Shown: positions 25,719-39,938 of the stretch, piece after piece
Layout: every line of letters begins with the position of its first letter
Numbering within the stretch: the stretch's first letter is position 1
Assembly (NCBI GenBank): GCA_033442325.1
Contig: JAWQFM010000001.1
Span: 133,014-197,013, forward strand
DNA length: 64,000 bases
Direction: 5' to 3'
Source of the DNA: Salpingoeca rosetta
Lineage: Eukaryota; Protista; Choanoflagellata
The notes under the pieces: model-generated
The model's input: the letters and a program-made list of their open reading frames with translations, nothing else
Told to the model about the DNA's origin: nothing
Database searches by the model: none
Position numbers and translations under genes: made by a program

Positions 25719-28700
25719 CCATCGCTGATCTCTGCCTCACGACCGTCATTGCCACCTGCTCGCCCCTTCCATCGCGAACATGCCTGAACCTTCCCAGCAC
25801 GGTGGCGCTGTTGGAGGAGATGGTGCAACTTGCGTCCTGGGTGCCCCACCCACTCTCTGGCGCCGTCAGCCTACGCTTCTTTCTCCAAGGTGAACGCAAA
25901 CTAATGATATGCAGTGCTCCCAAGCACAAACTGTGGCCCATCCCGCCAGTCTTTCACTCAACTCAGCCTCAACCTGTGCAAAACACACGTGTACACCACA
26001 CATGCAACACATGCAACACACACAACACACACATGCACAACGCACCGTTTCCATATTCGTCCGCTCATCCACCCGTTCACTCACCTTACCCCCCCCCCCC
26101 CTCGCCCGGGTCAAAACGCAACAGGGCACGAGTTCATTGTGCGGCCATCGCCCCACGAAGGACTGCCGCTGATTGATACGCACATCACGCCGTACTTCCA
26201 GTTCTTTTCGCCACAGGACCTGCTCATGGTGGTGCTCTCTCTCGCGTTTGACAAAACCGTCATCGTCTTCAGCAGCGATGTCGCTGAAATCGCCCCATTC
26301 TGCCAGGTCTCTCTCCCCGACCAGCTGTTGTGTTCGCGTTTTTTGTATGTATGTATGTATGTATGTATGTATGTATGTATGTATGTATGTATGTATGTAT
26401 GTATGTATGTATGTATGTATGTATGTATGTATGTATGTGTGCATGTATGTATGTATGTATGTATGTATGTGTGCATGCATGCATGTATGTATGTATGTAT
26501 GTATGTGTGTGTGTGTCTGTGTGTGTGTCTGTGTCTGTGTGTGTGTGTTTATGTATGTTTGTATGTATGTATGTATGTGTGTTTGTATGTATGTATGTAT
26601 GTATGTATGTATGTATGTATGTGTGTTTGTATGTATGTTTGTATGTATGTATGTATGTATGTATGTATGCATGTGCGTGTGCGTGTAGCTCAGGGAGTAG
26701 TGCGCTGTTTCTGTGCGATTGTGATCTCATCAACGACACCGCACGTCACCACACGACCCCACGTGCCTCATCAGGCCCTGCTTGGCCTGCTGTACCCGCT
26801 GGAGTTTCTGCACACGTACGTCCCCATTGTGCCTGACGCAGACTGGGTGCAGTCGCCCACGCCAATGCTTGCAGGCATGCACGCGTCCATGCAGCGCGAC
26901 GCCCTGCGTGGATTTGAGGAGCCTGGCAGCTTGCAACCCGTGTTTGTCAACATGGACACAGGGATCATCACCCTCCCCGACACAGAGGACCTGCCCAAGT
27001 GCCCATCACACATTGTGCACCAGTTTGTCGCCGCTATCAACCAAGTCAAGGTGTGCAAGTGTGTGTATATGTGTACGTGCGCGCGCGTGTGTGTGTGCGC
27101 TACATCCGTGCAGCACCTGTGTCGTCGTTTGCAGGCGTGCGTCTTCAACACTGAACCCTTCTTCTGTTCTCTTTTTCCTCCACCTCCACCTCCACCGCCA
27201 CCACCACCACTATACCACATCTGGTGCTGCCATGGGCGTACAGAAACCGTTTGCCATCAGCGTGCTGGGTCGTCCGCTTGTTGATCCCCTCCACCACAAG
27301 GAGGTATGCTGCCAGCTGTGAAGACAATACATTCCCCTACTTGCGCGTGTATGTGTGTGTGTGTATTTGTGTACAATGTCATACGTTTGTGTCACTCGCC
27401 CACTTGGCGCCCGTCACACACGACAAATTTAACACGTCATCAGGCCCAGCTCGACTTTGAGGCAAAGGCAGATGTTCTGGTCAGGGAGGCCTTTCTTCGC
27501 ACCATGGTACGACTAAGTTGCATGCCTGTGTGTGTGGGTGGTGTGGGTGTGGGTGTGGGTGGGTGTGGTTGCTGCGCTCATTTGTCACATGTATGGCGCT
27601 GCCTTTGTTCACACACAAATCTAATCCTTTGTCACGGCACGCGTGCGTACATCTGCAGGTTTCGCTTTTGAAACGCGTCAAAGAGTGCATTTCGTTTGAT
27701 CTCACGCCGCCTCTTCTGCACACGGAGGCCTTTCTAGCTGTACGTCACAAAACCCCACAACACCCTGCATGTTTCCTCGTTTGGTTTGCACAACAGGCCC
27801 TCATACACTGCAGTGTTTGACCCTCCACTTACTTGACAATGAATATTTCGTTCGTGGTGGTGTTTCAGCTTCAACCTGAAGAGTCTCTTCAGTTCTTCCA
27901 AGCTCTTATCACCTCCTCCGCCTTCAACGCGTTTGTGTGTAGTCGCACAAGGTATCAACAACGTTGCTCACACGGGCATATTATGTGCATGAATTGCGCC
28001 TCCTCGTAATTTCACCGCAACCGCAACAACAACGCACATGCACGCACTCACTCACACTTACACATGCACACATGTACACATGTACACATGCACACATGTA
28101 CACATGCACACATGTACACGCGTGCATACGTGTGCACACGTGTGCATACGTGCGCTCACTTGCTCCCTCTTCCTGCCCTTGCCCAATGCCTGCAGGCATC
28201 GTCGCGATCTGTTTGATGTGCTGTGCAGCGCTGTGGAGAAGAAAGTGCGCACAGGCCGCCCCCACTTCTTCACCATTGCACTCGACCCGGAAGCGCTCGC
28301 GCTGACAGGTGCACACGTCAACCCGTCGGTGAACGTGTCGCAGCTGCTACACAACACCTCCGTGCCCTCGGGACTGGTGTGCAGCACGCCCGCATCCGCG
28401 CACGCAAATGGCGGCGCTCATCACAGCAACAGCACTGGCGCCCGAGACGTGTTCCCGTCATCACCAGTGCAGCCGTCGACATGTGCAAGTGCATACACAA
28501 CACCGCGCACCCACCGCTCACAGCCCGGCCAACAACACCAACACCAACAACAGCAGCAGCAGCAGGAAGGGCCAGCGTCTTCACACCGCCGCCTCTCTGG
28601 ACAGAGCTCAACGGGGACATATGGACTCTCGTCGTCGCTGTGTGAGGAGGGGACAACAGCCACGCCGACTGCCAGCAACACGAGTGCACATCCAAGTGGT

Positions 28701-29011
28701 GATGTCCCTGCTGACTCACATCATACAGACTTTCACGTGAGCGCATGATTTTTTTTGTGTGTGTGTGTTGGGTAGGGGTGCGCGTGTATAAGTGGGTGTC
28801 AGTGTGTGTGCGAGTGCTTTACGCTGCACTTGTTCACCCACTCACTTAACAACGTCCGCATACCTGTTACCACCACCGCTGCCACCACGGCGTTCACCAA
28901 CAGCTTGGGAGTGAACCGCCGTCACCGCTCCCAACTGCGGAAAAGAGCAAGATGTTCACACCGCAGACCCACGCGAAGCAAAAGTAAGTCGACGACGCAT
29001 TGTGGTTTGTA

Positions 29012-29079
<68 letters not shown>

Positions 29080-29533
29080 CGTGTGTGTGTGTGTGTGTGC
29101 GAGTCATGCGCGTTCATTTTTCTTTCCTTGCTCACGTCTTCGTGCATGTGTGTGTGTGTGTGTGCAATCATAGGCAGCGGCTCCGTTCTCTTCCTGGCTC
29201 TCCGCTCTCGCGCGAACCGTCAGCCACCGCCCCATTTCAGGTAGCATGTTGCAGTCATTCAACGGCGGCTGTGGTCATGCACGTTGTGTGTGCGAGTGTA
29301 TGTTTTGTGCGTATGTGTGTGTATTTGCGTGTATGTTCACGCGCGTGTGCATGTATCTCATGTGTTGTGGTGCCTGCTTCCGTGCGCTCGGCCGCAGGAC
29401 TACTGCAAGCACATGCTGGCCATCTTGGACGAGGCCATCGCAGCGGAAGAGCAAGGTGCCACCCCCCTCGCATGCACACGTGTTCTGTTGTCAATGCACA
29501 CGCGTGCACAATCGTGTTTGTTCCATGCTCCGC

Positions 29534-29612
<79 letters not shown>

Positions 29613-32600
29613 GCACACACACACGCACACACACACACACACACACATACACACCACTTCAAATCGACACCACCACGCCAGGGTCTGACGACACGGGCGA
29701 GCTGACGTCTGTATCGAAGAGTCTGTTCTATCTCCGTGCAGTCTACAAGCTCGGCCTGGGAAAGACCATCCCTGCGTTTCAGGACCTGGACAAGTTGCGC
29801 GAGGACGGGATTAGTTTCCCGACTAAACGCGTTGCCGCTATCATTTCGGGCCTGTCCGAGGTGGAGCAGATGGTCCTTCGTGAGTCCTCCCTTGTCAAAC
29901 GCAGTCCAATGTGGCAGGAAATCTTCAAGGTGCGCCTCGTGTGTGTGGCTGTGTGTGTTTGTGTGTGTGGCTGTGTGTGTGTTGCTGTGTGCGCGTGTGT
30001 GTTTGTGCGGTTGCATCGCCCACCCCCTTTATTTATCCTCTCTGTTCATCCACGTCTTCCTTGACATCAGATGTTGGCAGTGGCAACCCAAGCCGACCTT
30101 CCGCTCAACATGCTGCCAGGTGTCCACCTCTGTGTGTGTGTGTGTGTGTTTGTGTGGATGCGTTAATCTGTGAACGGGTGATGATATGCGTGAATGTGCC
30201 AACGTCAATGTTCTTGCGTCACTTTCCCTCACACACACTCATGCACACACGCACAAACTGTTCTCGAATGATGTTATAGACGAGCACAACACGCAGATTC
30301 GCTCCTTCCGGGAACTGCAGAAAGCGTGCACGGGGCCAATGGACCGCAGGACGTTTTCGCGTTGGACGTCCACGTATGTTTCATGCACGGTTGCAAAGGC
30401 TGAGCAGGCATTCACCGCACTTTCCTCCTTCCACGACAGTAAGCCCACGCCTTGCTCGCACAAGCGTCAACGCGTGAATGTGCCTACGAATGTGAATGCG
30501 AACGTGCGTGTATGCGTGCATGTGCTGTGCTCTGTGTGTGTGTGTGTGTCGAGTGTCAAGTGTCTCGTATTGGATGTAACTGAGCTCTTTACACGATCGT
30601 ATTCGACCATGCCATGCAACCGAAACGTGTGCAGACGTCAGCATCCCAGCGGCGGTGTGTCAAGCGTTCTTCCAGGAGCTGCGCGACGACAGCGCACAAC
30701 TTCCGCTCTCCGTCCAGAAGGTGCTTCTTCTGCTCGTGACCATGCATGTGTGTGCGCGCGCGTGTGTGTATGTGGGTGCGAGAGTGTGTATTTGTATGTA
30801 TAAGTGGTGAGTGCGTGTGTGCGTGTGTGCGTGTGCGTTTACGCTATCGCCTTTGTAGAGACATGTATGTCCGTCACAGACTATGTTCTGCTTGTGCCTT
30901 GATTATCTCAGCTGTTTGTGTCATGTGCCTCAATCATTTTCCATCCTGCTAACACACGCACGCACGCATCACACACACACACAACCTCTCTCTCTCTCTC
31001 TCACTCTCACTTACGCTGTGCGGCTACAACTGCAGCTGCTGAAGCTTGATCACGGCGAGAGTGTGCTCAAGTGTCAGGCCGGCGTGCGCGCGAGGGAAGT
31101 GCGAGAGCTTGGGCGCCTCATTCTCACACACAAACGCGTGTTTCTCGCCCGCAGCGATTCATCCTGTCGGGAACTGCTGTCACTGGCGGAGGTGCGCACA
31201 GTGGAGAGAACGAAATACCGCGCAACGCGCCTCTCATCGCATATGGACGCCCTCCAAATTGTCGACAGAAACAACTGCGTAAGCGCCGCGCGCGCGTGTG
31301 TATGTGTGACACGTGCACTGTGTTCCCGAGTGCTTGCTTGACACACACGTGCTCGTGCATTTTGTGCTCCCCTACTTTGTGCTCCCCTGTTTTGTTCCCT
31401 TACTCTCTCCTTGTCATGCTCACCGCCCCACATCGCACAACCACAGAAAACGACACTTGTGTTCTTCAGTCTGCGGGACAAGTGGTTCCACTTCATCACC
31501 GAGCTCGTCAGCGCACACAAGGTTGCCACACATGCACTTATTTTGAACCTATTCTGCTTGTTGCGCTCACATAAGCACACAAGCAAACGCTCGCACGCTC
31601 ATGCACACATGCACACACACACACATGTACACATGCACACACGTTTGCACGCACCCTCGCCGTGTCCACAGGTCACGCAGACGCGCGGATCGCAGCTGCT
31701 CTCGGAAGCAAAACTCAACATCCTTCTTGTCGACGCAATTCACAAAGTAAACGTTAATGTGTGTGTTTGTGTGTGTGTGTGCGAGCATGTGTGAGTGTGC
31801 GCGTGTGCGTGCGTGTGCGTATGTGTGTGTGCGCGCGCGCGTCGCTGTGGTTACTTTCCGTGCTCGCGTTTGCTTCGCATTCTTGCCCGTCATTGAATTG
31901 ACGCTCATTCATGTGTGCGTGCGTGCGTGCGTGTGTGCGTGTGTGTGTGTGTGTGTGGTTTTGTGGTTAGGTTACGACCTCAACAACACCGCCGTCGCGT
32001 GACAGCGAAGATGACGTCATTGCCAATCGCCACGTGCGTACATGCGCCCGTTGTACTCGAGGCCCAACCCTTCCACTGTGACGCAATGTTGGTGTCTTGC
32101 TCACACTATTGGCCCAATTCCAACTACGTCTCACCCACTGCACCCCGCGCACGCGCATACATGCTTGCTTGCTTGCTTGCACACATACATACGTACGTAC
32201 GTATAGGTGCGTGCGCTGTTCACGAACCAGGTGCTACACAACGCGCCGGCGAAGCAACAGCTCTCGCGCAGACGCGAGCGCGGCGGTGTCGACCTCAGGT
32301 GTGTATGTGTGGATGTGTGTGCGTGTGCATATGTCTGTGTATGTGTGTGTGTGCGTGTGTATGTGACTGTGTGTGAGTGTGTGCGTGTGTGTGTGTGTGT
32401 GCGCGCGCTTGGTGTCTCGTTCCCATGCCTGCTGTCGTTGCCATGTTGTCATCCTGCTCAATAATCAATCACCCCTCTACAACGCCACTTTGCATTGCAT
32501 TGTTCCAATTCCCCTCACATGCACCCCTCTACACCCAACACCTTGGCCCTAACTGCGCGCAGTCCGGGCATGGAGAAGAAGCGAACGGTTGAGCGAATCA

Positions 32601-35600
32601 TCCATGTGTTTTCACCGGACTCTGGCGACCAGCTCTGGTGCGGTCTTGGTGACGGCACCATCCAACTTGTTGTCCTACCGACGTTCATCCTCGATGACAC
32701 ATGCATCCAGGCGCACACCAAACGCATCACCGCCCTCATGAAGTGCCGCAACGCCGTCTGGTCCAGCGGTTTCGACTTTGAATCATGCGTGAGTTGGACC
32801 AAGGCCATGTTGTGGTGTGTGTATGTGTGTTTGTGTTTGTGTGTTTGTGTGTGTGTGTGTCTTGCTGTGCAGTCATAGTGAGTGCTGCAGAACGTGTGAA
32901 CGTTCAAGTTGTCAATACTTGCTCACTTCCACCCGCATGCATGTGCATGAACGAGCAGGTGATTGACATTCGAACGTATCGCATTCTGGAGAAGCTGACA
33001 ATGCCGTTTAAACAACCCATCACCAAGTTCACAATGGTGCGGGCGTGCATGCATTCGTGAATGTGTATGTTGTGTATGTTGTGTATGTTGTGTCTGTGTG
33101 TCTGTGTGTCTGTGTGTCTGTGTGTCTGTGTGTCTGTGTCCGCGCGTGTGTGCGTGCGCGCGCGCGTGTGTGTGTGTGTGTTCATTGTTGGCCGCGTTCC
33201 GTAATTTTCCATGGCTTGTGTTGCAGTGCTCACTTATGAACGCATTTTGCTTCCTCACGGGTTCACGTGCACATACGCATCCACCTACACAAACACATGT
33301 GACGTATTGACACCAGGCGGACAATTGCGTGTGGGGCTGTGGGCTGGACGGGTTTCTGTTCTGCTGGAATCCGCACACGCGTGATCTCATTCACACGCTC
33401 AACCTCAACGACATTACCAGCCAGCGCGTCACCTGCTTCTGCGTGCAGAAGTTTGCAGACGCGTTCTGGTGCGTGCGTATGTGCGTGCGTGTGTTTTGGA
33501 TGTGCGTGTGTTTTGGGCGCGCGCGCGTGTGTGTGTGTTTGTGTGTATGTGTGCGTGCGTGCGTGTGTGTGTGTGTGTGTTGCTTCTCCCTCCCACACTT
33601 CTTTTCCAGCGCACGCAGCCCGACTGCAACGTTCTGTGTCTCTGCGCGCCCTTCTTTGCATCTGCTTACCTCCACGTGTGCGTGCGTATGTGCTGCAGGG
33701 TTGGGTGTGGCGATCGCATCCTGATCCTCGCAGACTCACAGCAACAGAAGCAGCAGCAGCAAGAGCAAGAACGGCAGCGATCGTCAGTGTCATCGTCAGT
33801 GTCGTCTGCTGCGCTGTCACCATCACCTGGGGACGCTGGCCGCGCACGAAGTGAGACACAATAGGTTCACATGAGGAGTGACGGTCACGGTCTAACGGCC
33901 GTCGCCTGCATCGTTGCGTTGCTGCTGTCTGTTTACAACTGCAGCATCCCCTTCTCGCACTCGTCTTGTTATTCGTTTCATGACACTTGTCACACACAAC
34001 ACAACACTACAACGCAATGCAGGTCGCTTGTCGCGGACTGCGGGCCTGGCGAAATGCAATTTGAAGGACCGCCTCGCAACACTCGCTCAGGAGCCTGACG
34101 ACTATGACGACGCCGACAACGACGACAACGACGACAACGACACCACCATCAGCGGTGGCCAGGGCGATGGTGATCACGATGAGCACCGCGAAGCTGGTGC
34201 CATGGGAGATGACAGCAGCGCGACTGGCGGCGGGTCTGTTGCTCGCGCGTCGTCATTGTCGTCGACGCTGGCACCTCCACGTCATCGGTTGCGATCAGCC
34301 AGCATCATCCACCAAGGTCTGGCTGTGTGCTGTGTGCTGTGTGTGCTGTGTGTGTTGTGTTGTTCCACGTTGCCGTGCCACGGAAGCGCCTTGCGCATTC
34401 ACGTCGTGCTCACGAAACTGTTTTTTTTTTTTTTTTTTTGGTTTTCTTTGCATGCTCTTGCTGAAAGATGACGACGACGACGACGACAATTATGATAACG
34501 ATGATGCCTTGTCTCGCACGTCCTCTGTCGCCATCATGCCAGACACAAACCGCAAGCTGAGGTCTGTGCACGCCGCTCCGTGTGTATTTGTGTAGATGCG
34601 TGTAGATGTGTGTAGAAATGTGTGTTTTCTCAGAGCTCTCTCTGTCTCTCTGTCTCTCTCTCTCTCTGTCCCTCTGTGTGTGTGTGTCTATTCACACTAC
34701 GAGCGCATTCACAGTTGTGCATCTTCGTCGTGCCATGAGTGAAATAAGCTTCCTCTCCCGCTCTTCTGCCCCCCTCCCGCCCTCACCCACCATCCACAAT
34801 CCACCACCACGCACATGACCAACAGGTCGACCATCACCACCGCCGCTGCGAATGGATTCACGCGTGGGAACGACAAGGACATCTGGTGCTTCTCGCAGCA
34901 GCAAGGTGCGGCTGTGTGCTGTTGGGTTCTGCAATGGCGTGCATGCGTGACAATGTTCCCGAGCGTCCATAAGTTGTATTGTCGCACGTCGTACCACACA
35001 CACGCACACGCACGCACACACACACACACAAAACACACACGCACGCACACACACACACACTCACACTCACACAAAACACAACACACACACACATACGCAC
35101 ACTTCGGTTGCTGCAGGCATCATTGAGATCCGCAACATGGACACGCTGTCGCGCGCGGCATATGGGGGGTCGTTCACGGTGTCGTGCGGCGGCTTCACGA
35201 GCATCGTGCGCACACAGCCGTGCATGTGGGCAGCAGGCAACAACGGGTCCATCTATGCGCTTGATCCCGTCACGCACGCGTGCATGATGGAGTATTCTGC
35301 ACACACGGACCGCGTGCGTTGCTTGTGTGTTCTCGACGACGCCGAGGACGCAGCCAGCATCGTCAGCGGCAGCGGTGCGGCATGCGTATCTGTGTGTGTG
35401 TGTGTGTTTGTCTGTGTGTGTGTGTTTGTGTCTGAGTTTGTCTGTGTGTGTGTATGTGTGTCTGTCCGTCGGTCTGTGATTTTCTTGTCTGTGTCTGTCT
35501 TTGCCTGCCCGTCTGTGCGGTTGTTTGTCTGTGCTGCGATTTTGTGCGAGACTGTTTGTTCTGCGTTCCCGTCTCCCCCCCCCCCTTTTGCTTGTTGCCC

Positions 35601-35745
35601 TTTCACCGACCTCACATCCCATGCCATTGTACCTGGTTTTGTTGCCTTTCACGAACGCAATCGCACGAAAGCCTCTGGCGACGGCACGCTGAGTGTCTGG
35701 CGGCACTCTCGTAACCGCGCAGCAACACGACGTCAGACCAAGTAG
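24591..35745 (+). CDS. DENN-domain Rab GEF with GRAM/PH-like and WD40 regions, DENND3-like; >25 exons, interrupted by a gap
   Basis: uDENN start ([13 protein letters not shown]). cDENN ([37 protein letters not shown]; [31 protein letters not shown]). dDENN (VREAFLRTM). GRAM-like ([23 protein letters not shown]). WD repeats ([47 protein letters not shown]). Confidence 0.8.
25289..25611. other. Assembly gap (N run) within the DENN gene
   Basis: Run of N after a (CA)n tract. Confidence 0.99.
26345..26669. repeat. (ATGT)n tetranucleotide microsatellite, intronic
   Basis: Long GTAT array with GT interruptions. Confidence 0.92.
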
Positions 35746-36264
35746 CCGCTGATAGCAGCACCAACAAGCAACACTCGTGGTTGTATCATGGCATGCCACG
35801 TCTGCACGTAGGTAGTTGCTTTCCACCGTTCATCGGCGCTTATGCAGACGCTTCATGTTCTTTCTTCCTGCTGCTCTTGGTTTTGTTGTTCTTTGCTGTT
35901 TGTTGCGGTGTCATCGCTTTGAGTGTGTGGGTGTCACATTAAGTGAAATGTTACGACACACAATACCCACTCCTGTTCTCCCCTGCCCCTTGGTTTGGCG
36001 TGGCATGGTTTGAGCTGGTGCCTTTTTGTAGCTTTCTTGGCTGGTAACTGCTCATTAGAAGTGCGTTGAAACGACACAAGGGATACGTTTGGGCGCAAGC
36101 GAAGGTGGGAAGTGACATAATGCAGAGTCGAGAAGGGACATGCTGCAGCTACAGCTGCGGTTTCGGCTGAGGTTTCGGCTGCAGGGTGCAGGCGCAAGAA
36201 CAAAACGACAGCAGGCATTAGCAGCAGCGCGCTGTTGGGAATCCATCTCGCGCGGGACCAGGGC

Positions 36265-37492
36265 TCAGTCCTGCTTGAGCTTTCGGTATGGATGCGGATC
36301 AAAGGCCAGCTTCCACACATATGTCAGCGGAATGACGAGCCATGGCAAGTACACGCTGGCGAGCCACGCCTTGTCCTTCCATGACAATCCTGGTGGTAGC
36401 ATTGAAGGGGCGACAGTGTGTGAGGATGTGAGGGCGAGGCGCCGTGAGGAAGGGAGGGCACGTGCAAACTGTGTGATAAAGCACACGTGCACATACCACA
36501 AGAAACACACATACGCGCATACGCACAACACGCACACAAGCACACACACATACAAGTACAACCCGCACACACACACATACAAGCACACACACATACAAGT
36601 ACAACGCGCACGCACACACACACATACGCACACACATACACACACACCCAAACACACGCATGCCAGTGCATAATCTGACCGTATTCACCGCAGAGAACCT
36701 CGGCAAGGACGGCAACGACGGTGGTGGCGACGTGGGTGCCGTAGATGATGCCCGGGATGCGGATCCAGGACCCGCCCGTGTGCATTGCGTAGAGGGCGAG
36801 GCCAAAGAAAGGCAGCTGCAGTCCGGCCTCACACCAGATGAAGGACTTGAACCACGTTGGCTTTGGATCAGCGGCCATGAGAGGGTCCTTGTACTCGTTG
36901 TTGTAATAGGTGCCAAGGCGCTGCGCAAAGGAGGGGAAGTACTTGAGGGGGACGATGGCCTGGAAGTCCATCAACAAGCTGATGGGAATGTGCAAGCCAA
37001 AGTAGGCGTAGTGCACATAATCAAGCAGCGAGAACGGTGCCCGCTCCCTGCACATCATGATGTGACATGCCACACACCACACAAGGGCATGAGAAAGACG
37101 AGCGTGTGTGTGGCAGAGGGGGAGGTGTGGGTTGGTTGGGCACTCGCCACAACTTGCTGGCCTGATCGCAGCCACTGAAACGTCCTCCATCATCGTAATG
37201 TAATGGATCACAACAACAACAACAACAACAACACACACACACACACGCACAATGCATGCACGCACACACGCACACACAGACACACAGACACTCTCGCACA
37301 CAGACATGCACGTACACACACACACACACGCATACACACACAGACATGCACGTACACACACACACACGCATACACATGCACACGCACAGACACACGCACA
37401 GACAGACACATTCTCTCATTCACCACTGAAACGTCCTTCCCACTCATCACAACACAACCTCACCATCTTTCCTGCTGTCGTGGTGTCGCCAT
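36265..37492 (-). CDS. TMEM97: TMEM97 / sigma-2 receptor (EXPERA domain) ER membrane protein; 3 exons
   Basis: [80 protein letters not shown]..-VYLPWLVIP..RKLKQD*. The exon 1/2 phase is consistent, and the C-terminus is a KxKxx ER-retrieval motif. Confidence 0.88.
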
Positions 37493-38099
37493 GGCTGTTT
37501 CAACTTGTGGTGTCGTCAAATGTCCACAAATTTTGGCGCCGAATCGAAGATGGCGAATTTTCTTTCAAGTCGCTGCGCACCACGCCGCCACGACAAATTT
37601 GGTGGATAACAAAAAACGTGCCACGTCCACACACGCCACACACACAACCTCCCGCACTATTTCTCCTGCCCTCCGCCCACGTTGAACACAGACGAAGACG
37701 ACTCTTTCCAGCCCACGAGGTATTGCCACTGCACACCTTCTTCTTCTTCTTTGCTTGCTCCGCCTCGGCTTGGCTTGGCTTGGCTTGTCAGTAGTGGTGG
37801 TTGAGTTGAGGCAGCTTGGTGCTTGGTGGTGCTGGTGGAGGTTGGTAGCAGCACTGCTGTTGTCGCCGCTGTTCTTTCGCTGTTGGCTGTTCTTGTTTTG
37901 CGTTTTTTCTCTGCTGTGTGCTTTGTTCACTGTGCTGCTGCTGCTGGTTGTTCTTGCTGTGCAAGTTGTGAGCGTCGCGGTGAACTCATCTCACGCCATT
38001 TTCTCTCGTTCCGCACATTCTCCAAACTTGTTTGCTCTGCCACGTGTATGTGCGTGTGTCTGTCTGTCCACTACCACCACAACAAGCCTGAACAGCACC

Positions 38100-38184
38100 A
38101 TGTCCTCTGAGAACGACACCTTCCTCTTCACCTCCGAGTCTGTCGGCGAGGGTCACCCCGGTGCGTGAGCGTAGTTGTTGTTGG

Positions 38185-38271
<87 letters not shown>

Positions 38272-39083
38272 GCATGAAGCATGCGCGCGCAATGGTGACT
38301 GTCGCGCGTCTTGTATGCGTTCTATTGTGTCTCGAGTGGCAGCAGTCTCGTCTCAGCAGCGCATTCTCGTCTCACGTGGCAGTGCACTGACACAACACAC
38401 ACTGTCTCTGCTCCTCACGCACACACACACGCACACGCACACGCATGCAGACAAGATCTGCGACCAGGTCTCTGACGCCGTCCTCGATGCTTGCCTCAAG
38501 CAGGACCCCGAGTCCCGCGTCGCTTGCGGTGAGCTTCCTTGGGGCTCACAGCTGCACATGCTTTGCTTTTTGGCTTCGTGCTCTCGCCACTTGAAACTCA
38601 CACACGCTCACACACACACACACGCTCACACACACACACACGCTCTCACGCGACACCAACAACCCCCTTTGCACGCCCTTCCACGGCCTTGCAGAGACTG
38701 CTAGCAAGACCGGCATGATCATGGTCTTTGGTGAGATCACCTCCAGCGCCCACATTGACTACCAGAAGGTCATTCGTGACACCATCAAGGAGATTGGCTA
38801 CGACTCTGACGAGAAGGGCTTTGACTACAAGACCTGCAACGTCCTCGTTGCCATTGAGCAGCAGAGCGCCGACATCTCCCAGGGTGTGGACAAGGACGGC
38901 CGCGGCAAGAGCGAGGAGAACATTGGTGCCGGTGACCAGGTGCGCGCGTGTGCATGCGTCCGTCAGTTGTGTGCATTTGCTTGCGCGTGTGTCCACATGT
39001 GTGCATCCGCATGCCAGTGCGTGTGCATGCGTCCATGCGCGCCACAATTGTCCTCACACTTGCACGTGTCCACAACAACAAAA

Positions 39084-39118
<35 letters not shown>

Positions 39119-39938
39119 TTGGTTTTGCTTTCCTTTACCTTTGTGCTGTTGACAGGGTATCATGTTTGGCTACGCCACGGACGAGACGCCCGAGTGCATG
39201 CCGCTGACCTGCCAGCTGGCGCACGCCCTGAACCGCCGTCTGGCTGAGTGCCGCCGCGACGGCGAGCTCCCATGGGCCCGCCCCGACACCAAGACCCAGG
39301 TCACCATCGAGTACAAGCTCGACAACGGCGCCTGCGTGCCCCTGCGCGTGCACACCATTGTCATCTCCACCCAGCACGCCGACTTTGTCTCCAACGAGCA
39401 GATCCACGCCGACCTCATGGAGAAGGTCATCAAGGCCGTCGTGCCCTCCAACCTCCTCGACGACAAGACCCAGTACCACCTCAACCCGTCCGGCCGCTTT
39501 GTCATTGGCGGCCCCCAGGGTGACGCCGGCCTCACGGGCCGCAAGATCATCGTCGACACGTACGGCGGCTGGGGCGCCCACGGCGGTGGCGCCTTCTCCG
39601 GCAAGGACTACTCCAAGGTCGACCGCTCGGCCGCCTACGCTGCCCGTTGGGTCGCCAAGTCGCTCGTCAAGGCCGGCCTCGTGCGCCGCTGCCTGGTGCA
39701 GGTCTCCTACGCCATTGGCATTGCCGAGCCCATCTCGCTTCACGTCGAGGACTACGGCACAGGCAAGGTGTCCCCCAACGAGCTCCTCAAGATCATCCGC
39801 AAGAACTTTGACCTGCGCCCCGGCGTGATTGTGCGCGACCTGGACATGAAGAAGCCCATCTTCTCCAAGACAGCCAAGTACGGCCACTTTGGCCGCGAGG
39901 AGTTCCCCTGGGAGCAGCCCAAGAAGCTCGAGCTCTAA
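38100..39938 (+). CDS. MAT: S-adenosylmethionine synthetase; exons 38100-38160, 38451-38528, 38695-38939, 39156-39938
   Basis: [51 protein letters not shown] and YGHFGR. Strong C-ending codon bias. Confidence 0.98.
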
